NCBI GenBank assembly: GCA_964512235.1 | Contig: CAZEGD010000003.1 | Span: 101 to 64,100 of the forward strand | Reading direction: 5' to 3' | Origin: an uncultured archaeon | GTDB lineage: Archaea > Aenigmatarchaeota > Aenigmatarchaeia > CG10238-14 > SCSR01 | DNA length: 64,000 nucleotides | Part shown: positions 19,959 to 29,695 of the stretch, in pieces | Numbering within the stretch: position 1 is the first letter of the stretch | Layout: every line of letters starts with the position of its first letter | Program-made: the position numbers and the translations under genes | Notes under the pieces: model-generated | Database searches by the model: none | What the model was told of the DNA's origin: nothing | What the model saw: the letters and a program-made list of their open reading frames with translations, nothing else

Positions 19959-20636
19959 ATGGATATAGAAACACCTAGAGGTAAAGGTGTCGCAATGAGA
20001 ACTATAGTTTTAGTCGCAATCGGCGTCGGCGGCTTGTTATTCGGTTTTATTATGCTTACAGGAATCGGAGATGCTAGGGAAAATATAATTGACATCCTCC
20101 TTGGTTTAGGTAGCTCTGCTAAAGGACCATCAAAATTGGAAGTGGCAATAGAATGTGCTTATTACAGATGTAAAGAGGGATGTCCACATGGTGCTGAGAA
20201 TGTTGAAATTATCGATGGTTTTGAGTGTTTAAAATTCTGCGACGAAGCAGTAGTCAATAGTGTTGATAGCAATGGAGACAAGAAAATATGCGGCTCCGAG
20301 TCCAGAGATTATCCGGTAACAATCTCGATAGAGGCAAGTTATGTGCATACTAACACGATTGATGATGCTGGCTCCGAGCTGAGCTCGATCGTAGAATTTA
20401 ACGAAGAAACCGTAGGCTGTGAAAACTTCAGGCCGTCATATGCATATCTATATGTAACTAGGTCAATGATAGTCGACGGAAAAACAGAGATCTGTCCTAC
20501 ACGCAATATGGCCTATGGTGGATACAACTGCTACGATAATGTTAAAGTAGCCGCAGGAGATTACTCTATTTGGGTACATAACATCTATGTTCTTGGCGTA
20601 TACGTCGGTACATCGCCTATAGTCTGCATGGGATAG
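19959..20636 (+). CDS. Prepilin-like protein with Cys-rich ectodomain (paralog 2)
   Basis: RGKG|VAMRTIVLVAIGVGG; LEVAIECAYYRCKEGCP motif matching 19200..19865. Confidence 0.75.
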   Translation: MDIETPRGKGVAMRTIVLVAIGVGGLLFGFIMLTGIGDARENIIDILLGLGSSAKGPSKLEVAIECAYYRCKEGCPHGAENVEIIDGFECLKFCDEAVVNSVDSNGDKKICGSESRDYPVTISIEASYVHTNTIDDAGSELSSIVEFNEETVGCENFRPSYAYLYVTRSMIVDGKTEICPTRNMAYGGYNCYDNVKVAAGDYSIWVHNIYVLGVYVGTSPIVCMG

Positions 20637-20725
20637 TTCCATAAAAGTTTCTACAACTTTAGTGGAAATTAATAATTTTATTCAAGACTAACCTTTAAAA
20701 AGAAGGAATTGAAAATAAGATATAG

Positions 20726-21061
20726 GTGATAGGTAGAATGATGAAAAAAGGAATAGCAGTTCCTTACATTATTGCCCTTATTCTGGGAATAGTAGTTGTA
20801 GCTCTGCTAGGTTACTGGTTCTTCATACTAGGTGGAACTTTCACCGGTAGAGCTTCAATCACAGAGTGCCAGACCAAATTGAGTACATACTGTGCTGCAT
20901 TCGCAGCTTCAGGCTATGACACAGCAGCGTTCGATCCCTTTACTAGTAGCACTTGCCCAGCAAGCGGTACAGTAGACGCCCCTGAATGTTGCTCACACTA
21001 TAGCTCTCTAATGACTGGTGCTAGCTGGACAGCCACTTGCACGAATTTAATAGGGCAGTAA
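20726..21061 (+). CDS. Prepilin-like protein
   Basis: MKKG|IAVPYIIALILGIVVVALLGYWFF, nearly the same TM helix as ORF 16426. Confidence 0.75.
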   Translation: MIGRMMKKGIAVPYIIALILGIVVVALLGYWFFILGGTFTGRASITECQTKLSTYCAAFAASGYDTAAFDPFTSSTCPASGTVDAPECCSHYSSLMTGASWTATCTNLIGQ

Positions 21062-21075
21062 AATAAAGTGGAAAT

Positions 21076-21282
21076 ATGAAAGGTAGTATACCAGTTCCTT
21101 ATTTAATAGCCATAATACTAGCTGTAGTCGTTATAGTTGTGCTTGTCTACATGTATCTTTCTGAAAGCGGATTATTCTCTCAAGTAATTGATGAGAAATA
21201 TTGCCAGGCAAAGTGTATGGAATGCAAAGCGACAGGGGGTTCAATGCCACCTGAGTGCATTGATTATCCTTGTGACCTGTAG
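21076..21282 (+). CDS. Prepilin-like protein, minimal
   Basis: MKG|SIPVPYLIAIILAVVVIVVLVYMYL; YCQAKCMECK. Confidence 0.7.
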   Translation: MKGSIPVPYLIAIILAVVVIVVLVYMYLSESGLFSQVIDEKYCQAKCMECKATGGSMPPECIDYPCDL

Positions 21283-21332
21283 CTGTTGACAACCAGACTA
21301 ACATCTAAATAAAATAAAAAGAAATATAGTTT

Positions 21333-21650
21333 ATGAAGGTCAAGCCAGCTACTACGGATTCTAAAGGCGTAGCAGTTCACACAATCGTAATAGTTATGAT
21401 ATTCGGGATTATGATGCTAATCCTTCTACTGGTATTTTCAGAATATCTTGGAATACAGAACTGCGAGGCTGCAAGGATGGCCTGCTCGACTGCTAGGGCG
21501 TCACACTGCTTCAGTTGGTGGAAAAACGACAATAGCTTTAGCTCTGGCGAGCCTGATTGGGAGAACATAAACGACTGCGACGATACCGGATTGGTGAGTT
21601 GTGACAAACCCGACAGGTCAGAATGCTTAGACTTGATATTCAGCGATTAA
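21333..21650 (+). CDS. Prepilin-like protein
   Basis: DSKG|VAVHTIVIVMIFGIMMLILLLVF; Cys-rich tail. Confidence 0.7.
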   Translation: MKVKPATTDSKGVAVHTIVIVMIFGIMMLILLLVFSEYLGIQNCEAARMACSTARASHCFSWWKNDNSFSSGEPDWENINDCDDTGLVSCDKPDRSECLDLIFSD

Positions 21651-21706
21651 ATTTCTAGGTTTTGAAATGAAAAACAATTAATTAAACCAAAGAGTAATTT
21701 TTAATT

Positions 21707-22162
21707 ATGAGCCAAAAGGGAGACGCTACCATAAGCGTTCTCGGTACAGCTGTAATTATGGCCATCATGGTCATCTTTGTTGCAAACATCGTCCCAGATT
21801 ATGTAGTGTCTGCATTCGAGTTTATGAGCTCATCCTCGGCCGAGGTAGTCTCTAGGAATTTAGCAGGTTTTATAACAATAAGTGCGGCAGCTCCGAATGA
21901 AATCAGCATCGATTACTTTGCATCTAAAAGCAGTGAGTACAATGTGAAGATTGAGAACAGAGTTATAAATCTAGACCTGTTGTCCGCGAGCTTCGGCGCG
22001 AAAGGAGGTTCCATCACAAAAGCGGGTATAGACTCTATCTGCTATTATACGGACACTATCTGCAGATTCGACGGGGTAAATCACTTCACCATAAAGAAAT
22101 GGTCGGATGAGGACGGTTACATTTGTAATGTCAACGGTGAGATGAGTCTGAATGAAGATTGA
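21707..22162 (+). CDS. Prepilin-like protein
   Basis: MSQKGDATISVLGTAVIMAIMVIFV then hydrophilic ectodomain. Confidence 0.65.
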   Translation: MSQKGDATISVLGTAVIMAIMVIFVANIVPDYVVSAFEFMSSSSAEVVSRNLAGFITISAAAPNEISIDYFASKSSEYNVKIENRVINLDLLSASFGAKGGSITKAGIDSICYYTDTICRFDGVNHFTIKKWSDEDGYICNVNGEMSLNED

Positions 22163-22808
22163 CTGCTCTAAAAGAAGTAAAGGAATCGGAGATTTAGTAC
22201 CCTATGCGATTATGGCTTTACTGATTATAGGTGTAGTTGTAATCTTCTACATTCTCATGATGACAAAGTTTTTGGATATTAGAACAATTGTAATGGAAGC
22301 CGGTGTCGAAAGACATACCCTAAATTTGGCCCAAGTATTGCTGAGCTATGACAAGCTCGTGTATGTGGAAGAAGACTATTTCAGCATACATAGAGGTATA
22401 TTTGTCAAAGAAAAGCTCGATGAGCAATTCAAAGACGGTAGCGAACTTACAAATGAACTCGGCTATCCAGATTCTGTAATCCTATTGTATGTAAAAGATT
22501 TCGATGCTAACAAGGAATGGGCTCTAAGATACAAAGGCCCTTTCAACTTGGAAGGTTCTAAAGCAGCAAGTTTCATAGAATGTCTGAACGAGAAGACAGA
22601 ATTCGATGTCATACTTTTGTTTCAAATGATACTCTCACCTATTTCACATGTTGGCCCATGGGACTATTACACCATCGCTGAGTGCACATCATCGTTCGCT
22701 TCAGACTATGGAACCTCTGTTAGGAGGTTCCCAGTCGCAATCAAAGATGGAAATGAAATACACGCTGGTATATTGGTAGTTACAATTGACGAATGGACTT
22801 TGATCTAA
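22152..22808 (+). CDS. Prepilin-like/anchored protein
   Basis: KRSKG|IGDLVPYAIMALLIIGVVVIFYIL; overlaps upstream stop. Confidence 0.7.
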   Translation: MKIDCSKRSKGIGDLVPYAIMALLIIGVVVIFYILMMTKFLDIRTIVMEAGVERHTLNLAQVLLSYDKLVYVEEDYFSIHRGIFVKEKLDEQFKDGSELTNELGYPDSVILLYVKDFDANKEWALRYKGPFNLEGSKAASFIECLNEKTEFDVILLFQMILSPISHVGPWDYYTIAECTSSFASDYGTSVRRFPVAIKDGNEIHAGILVVTIDEWTLI

Positions 22809-23293
22809 TGAAATACAATAATTTGAAAATTAAAGGGAGAAAGGGAATTGCACCCATTATCATAATCCCAATACTTTTAGCACTGATTACATTCTCAGCA
22901 GTAATCATTGCAGTAATGCCAATCATATTCCTCAAAGTCAACCTAGTCCAGATGATTACATTTGAATATAACTACAACAACGCGCAGCTGGCTCTGAATA
23001 CATTGCTCTCTCTAACGAAGACAGACACGACAGACGGTCAGGTAAAGCCTGTCTATAAAATTATCTCAGAGTATGTGTCATTGCCGCAAAAGCCAAATAT
23101 ACTTTTTCTGAGGGTCGAGCTTAACAGGATGGTAAATAATGGAATATTCAAGTGCTACAAGCTCACATCCCAGACAGCTGGCGAGCTGGCAAGGGGAAGT
23201 TGCGATCCCACTAGTGATGGTGAATATTACAAAGCAGTTTCACCTGTTTTAACACCTACATTCGTAGATAGACTGGAGTTGATGGTGGATTGA
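22808..23293 (+). CDS. Prepilin-like/anchored protein
   Basis: KGRKG|IAPIIIIPILLALITFSAVIIAV; ATG at 22808 overlaps the previous TAA. Confidence 0.7.
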   Translation: MKYNNLKIKGRKGIAPIIIIPILLALITFSAVIIAVMPIIFLKVNLVQMITFEYNYNNAQLALNTLLSLTKTDTTDGQVKPVYKIISEYVSLPQKPNILFLRVELNRMVNNGIFKCYKLTSQTAGELARGSCDPTSDGEYYKAVSPVLTPTFVDRLELMVD

Positions 23294-26200
23294 GAGCTAG
23301 AGCAAAGAAAAGAAGCAAAGGCCTAATAGTGGCGGCCATACTCGTCATAGCAGCTATTGCTATCGCTGGTGCAGGCATTTACTACTCCAATTTCATCTAT
23401 AGAGTCCAGACTACAGTGGAGATAGTGAAAGAGGCCACAATTGTAGAAGCGATAAACTATGTAGAGATGCTGAAGATAGGGCTACGTAACGCTGTAGGAT
23501 ATTCTGTCTATAGGGCATCGGATGACGTTTTGACTCTGGGCGGAATCTGCGAGCACAGCCTGCAATCCTCAGAGTCGGGATATTGCACAGAAGATTGCAA
23601 GATACCGGCAGGCACTCCAACATTCGAGTGTACTCCCTGGTGGAAGGTCCATGATAAAATATACGCCCCCACGAAAGGGGAATTCATGGAATATATGACT
23701 AACAGAACGCTCCAGAACTTTGAAGGATATGCGAATATGCTCGAAGTCCAAGACCTTGAGGTACCGAACTACTGTCCCCCTCTGGGAAGAGACTGTAGCG
23801 GGTGCTTGACAGATTCAGAATGTCCAGAAGGCTGCAACGGCTTAAGAGAGACTGGCGGAGTTGCCACCATAGAATCAACAAAAAGTTTAGACCCCGAAAT
23901 AAAAACAAAGATGGAGAGCAAGAATGACTATTTGAAGAATGAAAAAATAGAATACGAACGCGACTTCTTCACAGTAGCTGACAATTCATCTTTCACGGAC
24001 ACCGTCAAAGCCACTACTTTTTCACTGTTTGACTTTGCAAGAGACAAATTTATAGAGAATGACTATATCTCCCAAGTATTTGATCAGGGAGACGAGCCCA
24101 TGCCGAACACATGGTGTGCCATGACAGCAGATAACTACTGTGATGTAACCTCGGATTGTCGTCAGGACACAAACAACTGTTGGAATGGTGACTGTTGCTG
24201 TAAAGGCATCTATTACGGCAACGTATGTTTAGATGAATTGCCAAACTGTGAAGCAGGACTGGATCAATACTGTAAAAGAGACTATACAGGCACGACTTGC
24301 ATGGAAGCAGACTCTAATTGCGACAATACAATATCAGCGAAGGAATATTACAACTATACTGTGAAAGGACAGTTGTCGATAGACGAAGATGAGACTGATG
24401 CATATGGAAATAAATTCAGGGTAAAAACGGCTCTTGATGGATGCATAGAAGTTGGCACTGAATCTACACAGACATACAGTGAAATCGTGGAAGTGAATTG
24501 GTATGACTACGATCCTGTCGCAGACCAAGCAGACTGTGACGTGATTACAGCAGAAGGGTGTGGATGCGGAGAATACTGCACTGCATCTGATCCGGAATGC
24601 GGGGATTGTATAGGGATAACTCCTGGCATCTTCGATGGACCGTGTCCATGGGAGACGCTGAGCTGTCCAGATGAATGTTGTGGTCTGGAATGGGAATGTA
24701 TAGAATGGGAAGAACCAGGTCCGTGTGAAGAGCCTGAAGAAACAGATATTGCCGTAGAAGCTAACTTTCAATATCTCGTGCTTGCAGAAAGCCCTGTCTG
24801 TACAGATTCAGATGGCGGTGCCAATAACCTAGTCTATGGTTGCTGTGAATATGGTACAGACACTTATTGTGACTATTGTGATGGTACCAATGTTGTCGAA
24901 TACTATTGTTCACCTGTGATTAACCCAACACATTGCGGCTCTATAACTCACGGCTGTGTAGGGTGGTATGGTGCTGGTGCTACCTGCTCAGGTGGGAAAT
25001 GTATAGAACCTACGACCACAACCACAACTACACTTCCCCCTGTCTGTACAGATTCAGATGATTGTCCAGCCATAGATACAGATGGAGGCTATAACCTATA
25101 TGAGAAAGGTACTTGTTCATGGAGAATTTGTGATAGTGATCATAACTGTAAAGTTACTTACACTCAAACAGATTCTTGTATCAGTAGCACTAAAGTTTAT
25201 GAAATGCGTCCAGGCTCTCCAGTTAACTATTGCGATGGAGAAACAGAAAATTGCCCTTCTGGTACCATATGTTCAGATGGCGCTTGTGTTGAAACAACTA
25301 CAACAACCACCACGACTACCACAACACTTCCAGCGACATGTATAAATCATAATGAATGCTCTCAAGCGTGTACAGATCTATGTCCTTATATGGTATACGG
25401 TTGCTGCTACGGCTGTATGCTAGGTCAATGTATAGGTGGTACATGCCAGTGCATAGAGAAACCCACATATTGCTCAGGCAGTCCTATTTCTCAAGTCGGC
25501 AGTCAATGTATAGTTGGTCCAGTTTGCTCTGATATAGGATTAGGCACACCTTCTGTCAGTCCCTCAACCCCAACAGCTGGCAGCACATTCCAAATATCAT
25601 GCCCTGTCACTCAGGTAGGAGCAGACTGTATAGCAGCATATGCCAATGATATGAGCTCTAGGTGTAATTACACTCATTGGTCAGGCAATAACGCTGTTTT
25701 TAACTGTCCAGGTCTAGCAGCAGGTACTTATACTGCAAGGTGTACTTCCCAGACAGAAACCCCCAGCAATTGTTGTTATGATACAACAACAACATCTTAT
25801 GCTACAATAACACCTACACACGACATAGTAGTCGGTGTCACACAGGGCTCTGGAGCGGTAAATGTCGCTATAAATGGTATCCCAGTCCAGACTGTCACTG
25901 AAGCATCAACAGCCACAATCACGTTCGAGCACGGAGATAGTGCATCATTTGAAGCAATCCCATCATCAGGTTATACGCTAGAGAGCTATTGCGGCTGGGT
26001 CACTGATGGTGAGGTTGTATGTTGCACACCAGATGAGTGCCCTTCACCACTCATAAGACCAATTTGGGAAAGTGGTGGACTATATGTTAACTTTGTTGCA
26101 AGTGTAACATGTACTAAACATGAAATTAGGTTGGAATGTAGGGATTCTATCTGCGGCTTCCCAGGCTGTTGTAAAAAAGCCGCTTATATGAAAGATGTCA

Positions 26201-26709
26201 AGTGCGAATATGACTATGTGGGTACTGCTAATTTGAGCGTAGAAGTGTCGGATATGGCACACAAGTACCCGATAGGCACCGAAACAAAGAACCTGAAACT
26301 GCCTTTCTACATAGCTTCTGGCAATACATTAGAAGAAGATTTGCTATGCGGTGCTTCTACGACGGACGACGATCCGAATACGGAAGAAGTTGAATTCCCA
26401 CAATGGCAAGACTGCAAAGAACCCTATAAACATGAAATAACGGTTAGTGTTTCTAGCGGATTTGGAACAGTTGACATCTATAGAAATGACGAATTCATCG
26501 GAAAAGCCACCGAAGTAATATCGTTTATAGTCCAATTCAGCTCCGAAGACATTGCAAAATTTGTAGCGACTCCCTCAACAGGGTATAGTTTTGAGAGCTG
26601 GTGCGGAGATGATGATTGCTGTTCGCCACCGGACCCAGAATGCGGCCCTACCATTTCAAGGACAATTAATGCAGATGGTAATCTATATGCCAACTTCGAG
26701 TCAGTTTAG
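23290..26709 (+). CDS. 1139-aa Cys-rich, Thr-linker surface protein with prepilin-like N-terminus
   Basis: KKRSKG|LIVAAILVIAAIAIAGAGIYY; many Cys-rich modules, TTTTTTT linkers, two C-terminal InlB-B/"bacterial repeat"-like units ending in SGY(T/S)(L/F)ES(Y/W)CG. Confidence 0.75.
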   Translation: MRARAKKRSKGLIVAAILVIAAIAIAGAGIYYSNFIYRVQTTVEIVKEATIVEAINYVEMLKIGLRNAVGYSVYRASDDVLTLGGICEHSLQSSESGYCTEDCKIPAGTPTFECTPWWKVHDKIYAPTKGEFMEYMTNRTLQNFEGYANMLEVQDLEVPNYCPPLGRDCSGCLTDSECPEGCNGLRETGGVATIESTKSLDPEIKTKMESKNDYLKNEKIEYERDFFTVADNSSFTDTVKATTFSLFDFARDKFIENDYISQVFDQGDEPMPNTWCAMTADNYCDVTSDCRQDTNNCWNGDCCCKGIYYGNVCLDELPNCEAGLDQYCKRDYTGTTCMEADSNCDNTISAKEYYNYTVKGQLSIDEDETDAYGNKFRVKTALDGCIEVGTESTQTYSEIVEVNWYDYDPVADQADCDVITAEGCGCGEYCTASDPECGDCIGITPGIFDGPCPWETLSCPDECCGLEWECIEWEEPGPCEEPEETDIAVEANFQYLVLAESPVCTDSDGGANNLVYGCCEYGTDTYCDYCDGTNVVEYYCSPVINPTHCGSITHGCVGWYGAGATCSGGKCIEPTTTTTTTLPPVCTDSDDCPAIDTDGGYNLYEKGTCSWRICDSDHNCKVTYTQTDSCISSTKVYEMRPGSPVNYCDGETENCPSGTICSDGACVETTTTTTTTTTTLPATCINHNECSQACTDLCPYMVYGCCYGCMLGQCIGGTCQCIEKPTYCSGSPISQVGSQCIVGPVCSDIGLGTPSVSPSTPTAGSTFQISCPVTQVGADCIAAYANDMSSRCNYTHWSGNNAVFNCPGLAAGTYTARCTSQTETPSNCCYDTTTTSYATITPTHDIVVGVTQGSGAVNVAINGIPVQTVTEASTATITFEHGDSASFEAIPSSGYTLESYCGWVTDGEVVCCTPDECPSPLIRPIWESGGLYVNFVASVTCTKHEIRLECRDSICGFPGCCKKAAYMKDVKCEYDYVGTANLSVEVSDMAHKYPIGTETKNLKLPFYIASGNTLEEDLLCGASTTDDDPNTEEVEFPQWQDCKEPYKHEITVSVSSGFGTVDIYRNDEFIGKATEVISFIVQFSSEDIAKFVATPSTGYSFESWCGDDDCCSPPDPECGPTISRTINADGNLYANFESV

Positions 26710-28763
26710 GCATACAGCTTTTCTGGTTCTCTACAGCAGCAAGCGGTTTTTGATTCACCATCAACTACGACATTATTGCAGAAATACTCATCTATATTTT
26801 CTGTATCAAAACACTTATCACCACAGGACTCTTCAGATCTGCAATAATAAGGACATCCTGGACAGAATTCCCTATTGATTGGAACGGAATTTCTCCACCC
26901 AAAGAAATTCTTCCCATCTAAATATCTATAAGTTAGATTTCCAACAAAAGAGAATGATTTGTAACTCTGTACATCAACTATAGCACTTTCAGGATCTATT
27001 TCTAGATTGCAAACAAAGCTCCTCGAACCCTCTAAGAACTTCTTTTGTCCACCTTTGTAAAAATCATCTTCTGATATTGTAATCTGATTTCCATCACGTG
27101 TACAATCCCCACTCACACCAGTCAACCACGACGGAAACCCACCTTCAAAGCTTCCTAAGGCTTCTATCGTTATAGCAGCTTTATCATCTATATCTATCGG
27201 TTTGTATTTACCAGTCTCCTTACCATTCACAACTTCAATTGTCATCCTTATTTCATTTCTTCTCATCTCTTCAAGGATATAAGGTGAATCAAAATCGATT
27301 ATCAAGTCAACTGGCCCGTCTGTCGGAATTTCATCGGACAGATGTTTTATAGCCCCCTGTCTAGAAGCGATATACTCATCGTCTTCAGTATTAGCAAGAA
27401 CCAAAGTTCTTGTATGCACGACTGACGAATCGTATCTCAGTTTTATTTCAAACTCCAGTTGTTGTACACCTTGATCCTCACATGGAAATGTGTTGAAATA
27501 GGAAAGCTGCGACACACCATTTATAACTGAATAATCGTTTGGGCAAGGGTCGTATTGCCAGTAGTTTATGCTACACTCTGTACATCCACCTAATGTACTA
27601 CTACTACTGTACCCATCAATTATACACACCTTATACCCACCTGCGAAATAAGATGCAAAAATCTTTAGTTCATCTTCTGGTCCCAACGTACATTCATTTT
27701 CATCATCACATATATCTATAGTCTGAGCCTCGTAAAGGAAGGGGTTTGCATTAGACCTCCTTCCAATAGTTCTATTAACATAGGCCCATACATGGGTTTG
27801 TCTCAATTCTACATTTTCTCTATCGTCTCCATTACCAATCACTATATTGCTAAAGACTAAACCACCACCTTCAGTATCCTCGTCATTCAAGTTTTTGATA
27901 TAGATAGGCAACACGTAGTCCGACTTCACATTATCTGTATAACCATATGGTGTAGGAATTTCGTAAGTTGTTTTTCCTTCTCTGAACCTTTTGTTACCTA
28001 TCTCTATTCCCAGTGTGTCATAAGACTTGTAACCTGCATATGAGATACCATCCTCAACTATTTGAGGGCAGAACATTGGATTGTCAGATCCTATGAGCGA
28101 ACAGAAAAGAGCTTGCGGATTACCCAAACTCGATATAAGCGATGATATATCATACCCAGACACCATTCCCAATGAGAATACTCCCACCGCTACAATTATT
28201 AAAAGCATTATAGGAGTGCCTATTTGCCACTCCCATCTTTTTGTTGAAATGATTAACACAAGACCTATCAGAAGACCTGAAATGATGAGAATCCAATGAC
28301 CTACAGAAAAGAAAAGGAAAGGTGTTAATAAAATGTCTGCAAGGAATGGAAACTGTTTATCTAAGAAACTAAAAATTGGATTGTATAACAAGAACAGTGA
28401 AGCAATTGAAATCCCAGATGAGACTACAAATGTTATACCATTTTTTAATATTTTGCCAATTTTTGTAAGTTGAATTTCAGGTTTCTCTAAATTTTCAATA
28501 TTAGCTCCACAATTTTTACATTTTTTAGATTCTCTTGGATTGCCCGTACCACAATTAGGACAAATCTTTTGAAAAGACCGATCCTTTACTTTACCATAAG
28601 CTTCTTTACCTTTCTCTTTGGCTTTTCCACCCCTTTCCTTGGCCTTCCCCCATTTTTCTTTTAGCCAATCATGTTTACCTTTTTTTTCACGGCCTAACCC
28701 TTGCATCCCAGCGGCTATTTTTTCTTCCTGCTCCTTTGTATATTCTTTTTTCTCTTTAGCCAT
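26706..28763 (-). CDS. Zinc-ribbon membrane protein with large Cys-rich extracytoplasmic domain
   Basis: ICPNCGTGNPRESKKCKNCG zinc ribbon, about 4 TM segments, then a ~430-aa ectodomain with CPGCPYYC...ACCC. Confidence 0.7.
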   Translation of the reverse strand: MAKEKKEYTKEQEEKIAAGMQGLGREKKGKHDWLKEKWGKAKERGGKAKEKGKEAYGKVKDRSFQKICPNCGTGNPRESKKCKNCGANIENLEKPEIQLTKIGKILKNGITFVVSSGISIASLFLLYNPIFSFLDKQFPFLADILLTPFLFFSVGHWILIISGLLIGLVLIISTKRWEWQIGTPIMLLIIVAVGVFSLGMVSGYDISSLISSLGNPQALFCSLIGSDNPMFCPQIVEDGISYAGYKSYDTLGIEIGNKRFREGKTTYEIPTPYGYTDNVKSDYVLPIYIKNLNDEDTEGGGLVFSNIVIGNGDDRENVELRQTHVWAYVNRTIGRRSNANPFLYEAQTIDICDDENECTLGPEDELKIFASYFAGGYKVCIIDGYSSSSTLGGCTECSINYWQYDPCPNDYSVINGVSQLSYFNTFPCEDQGVQQLEFEIKLRYDSSVVHTRTLVLANTEDDEYIASRQGAIKHLSDEIPTDGPVDLIIDFDSPYILEEMRRNEIRMTIEVVNGKETGKYKPIDIDDKAAITIEALGSFEGGFPSWLTGVSGDCTRDGNQITISEDDFYKGGQKKFLEGSRSFVCNLEIDPESAIVDVQSYKSFSFVGNLTYRYLDGKNFFGWRNSVPINREFCPGCPYYCRSEESCGDKCFDTENIDEYFCNNVVVDGESKTACCCREPEKLYA

Positions 28764-28831
28764 CTCTATCTAGAATTAAATTGTCTTTTGTAAGACTAAA
28801 ATATTCCTCTTTCTAAATTGTTATTAATGGC

Positions 28832-29165
28832 ATGCGACTTGATTGTAAACATCTTTTTATGCGGATGGGTGCACATCTTCCGCGGAATCTTTGGAATCTT
28901 CGTACCCCTAGAAGGAATAGTGCTAACCATTGCCAGCGCTATAATATCCTCAATAATCATTTACATACTTGCCAAAACGCTTGGCAGGATTGGTGGTATG
29001 CTTCTGGCTGGAGTCGGTTTAGTCGGAGCTCTTTTTACAGCTGGTATTTCCCTAACTCTGACTATAATTGGCGTGCTCATAACACTCTTCGAGCGATCGG
29101 TGATGCTGATAGTCATAATCAACATAGGGCTGCATGCGACATGCATGCTGCTAGGCTGCGTTTAA
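28832..29165 (+). CDS. Small membrane protein (ORF 28818..29165 frame)
   Basis: MACDLIVN... start is near 28830; hydrophobic segments FVPLEGIVLTIASAIISSIIIYILAKTLGRIGGMLLAGVG. Start codon uncertain by a few codons. Confidence 0.55.
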
Positions 29166-29284
29166 TCAAGACTTTAGGAAAAGGATTTAAATTTCACTGT
29201 TTAATTATGACTATAGTTAGATAGTAACTCAAAATGCTCATCTAATGCAAAAATACAAGGAAAAGATAAACGGAGGTACAATAA

Positions 29285-29635
29285 ATGGCAGAAGAGTCAT
29301 TCCAGACACAAGCTCCAAGAGAGACGCAATCTGCAAGTGTGTCAAATCTTGGAAACAGGAACAGAAAAGATGACAACGTAATCTTCGTAGGTCGCAAGCC
29401 GTCTATGGCTTACGTATTGGGCGTAATTACCCAGTTCAATGACGGGAGACCAGAGGTGCACATCAAAGCCAGAGGCAAATCCATAAGCCGGGCAGTTGAT
29501 GTTGCAGAGATTGCGCGAAGGCGTTTCCTAAGCGATGTGCAGATAAGAAGCATAGATATTGGAACGGAAGAACGAGAGCTTGAAGACAAGTCAAAAATCA
29601 ATGTTTCAACGATTGACATAACACTTGGAAAGTAG
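29285..29635 (+). CDS. albA: DNA/RNA-binding protein Alba
   Basis: NVIFVGRKPSMAYVLGVITQFN...VHIKARGKSISRAVDVAEIARRRFL. Confidence 0.9.
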   Translation: MAEESFQTQAPRETQSASVSNLGNRNRKDDNVIFVGRKPSMAYVLGVITQFNDGRPEVHIKARGKSISRAVDVAEIARRRFLSDVQIRSIDIGTEERELEDKSKINVSTIDITLGK

Positions 29636-29695
29636 GTTCTTGATTCACGCAAGTGCCAGTAAGCATACTCGTAAGTATGCTGAAATTTCTATTTT

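Noticed and set aside
25009-25335. Thr-codon tracts (ACAACTACA...) as a microsatellite or CRISPR-like repeat
   Set aside because: They are in-frame poly-Thr linkers of a coding sequence with mixed codons; no spacer-repeat pattern.
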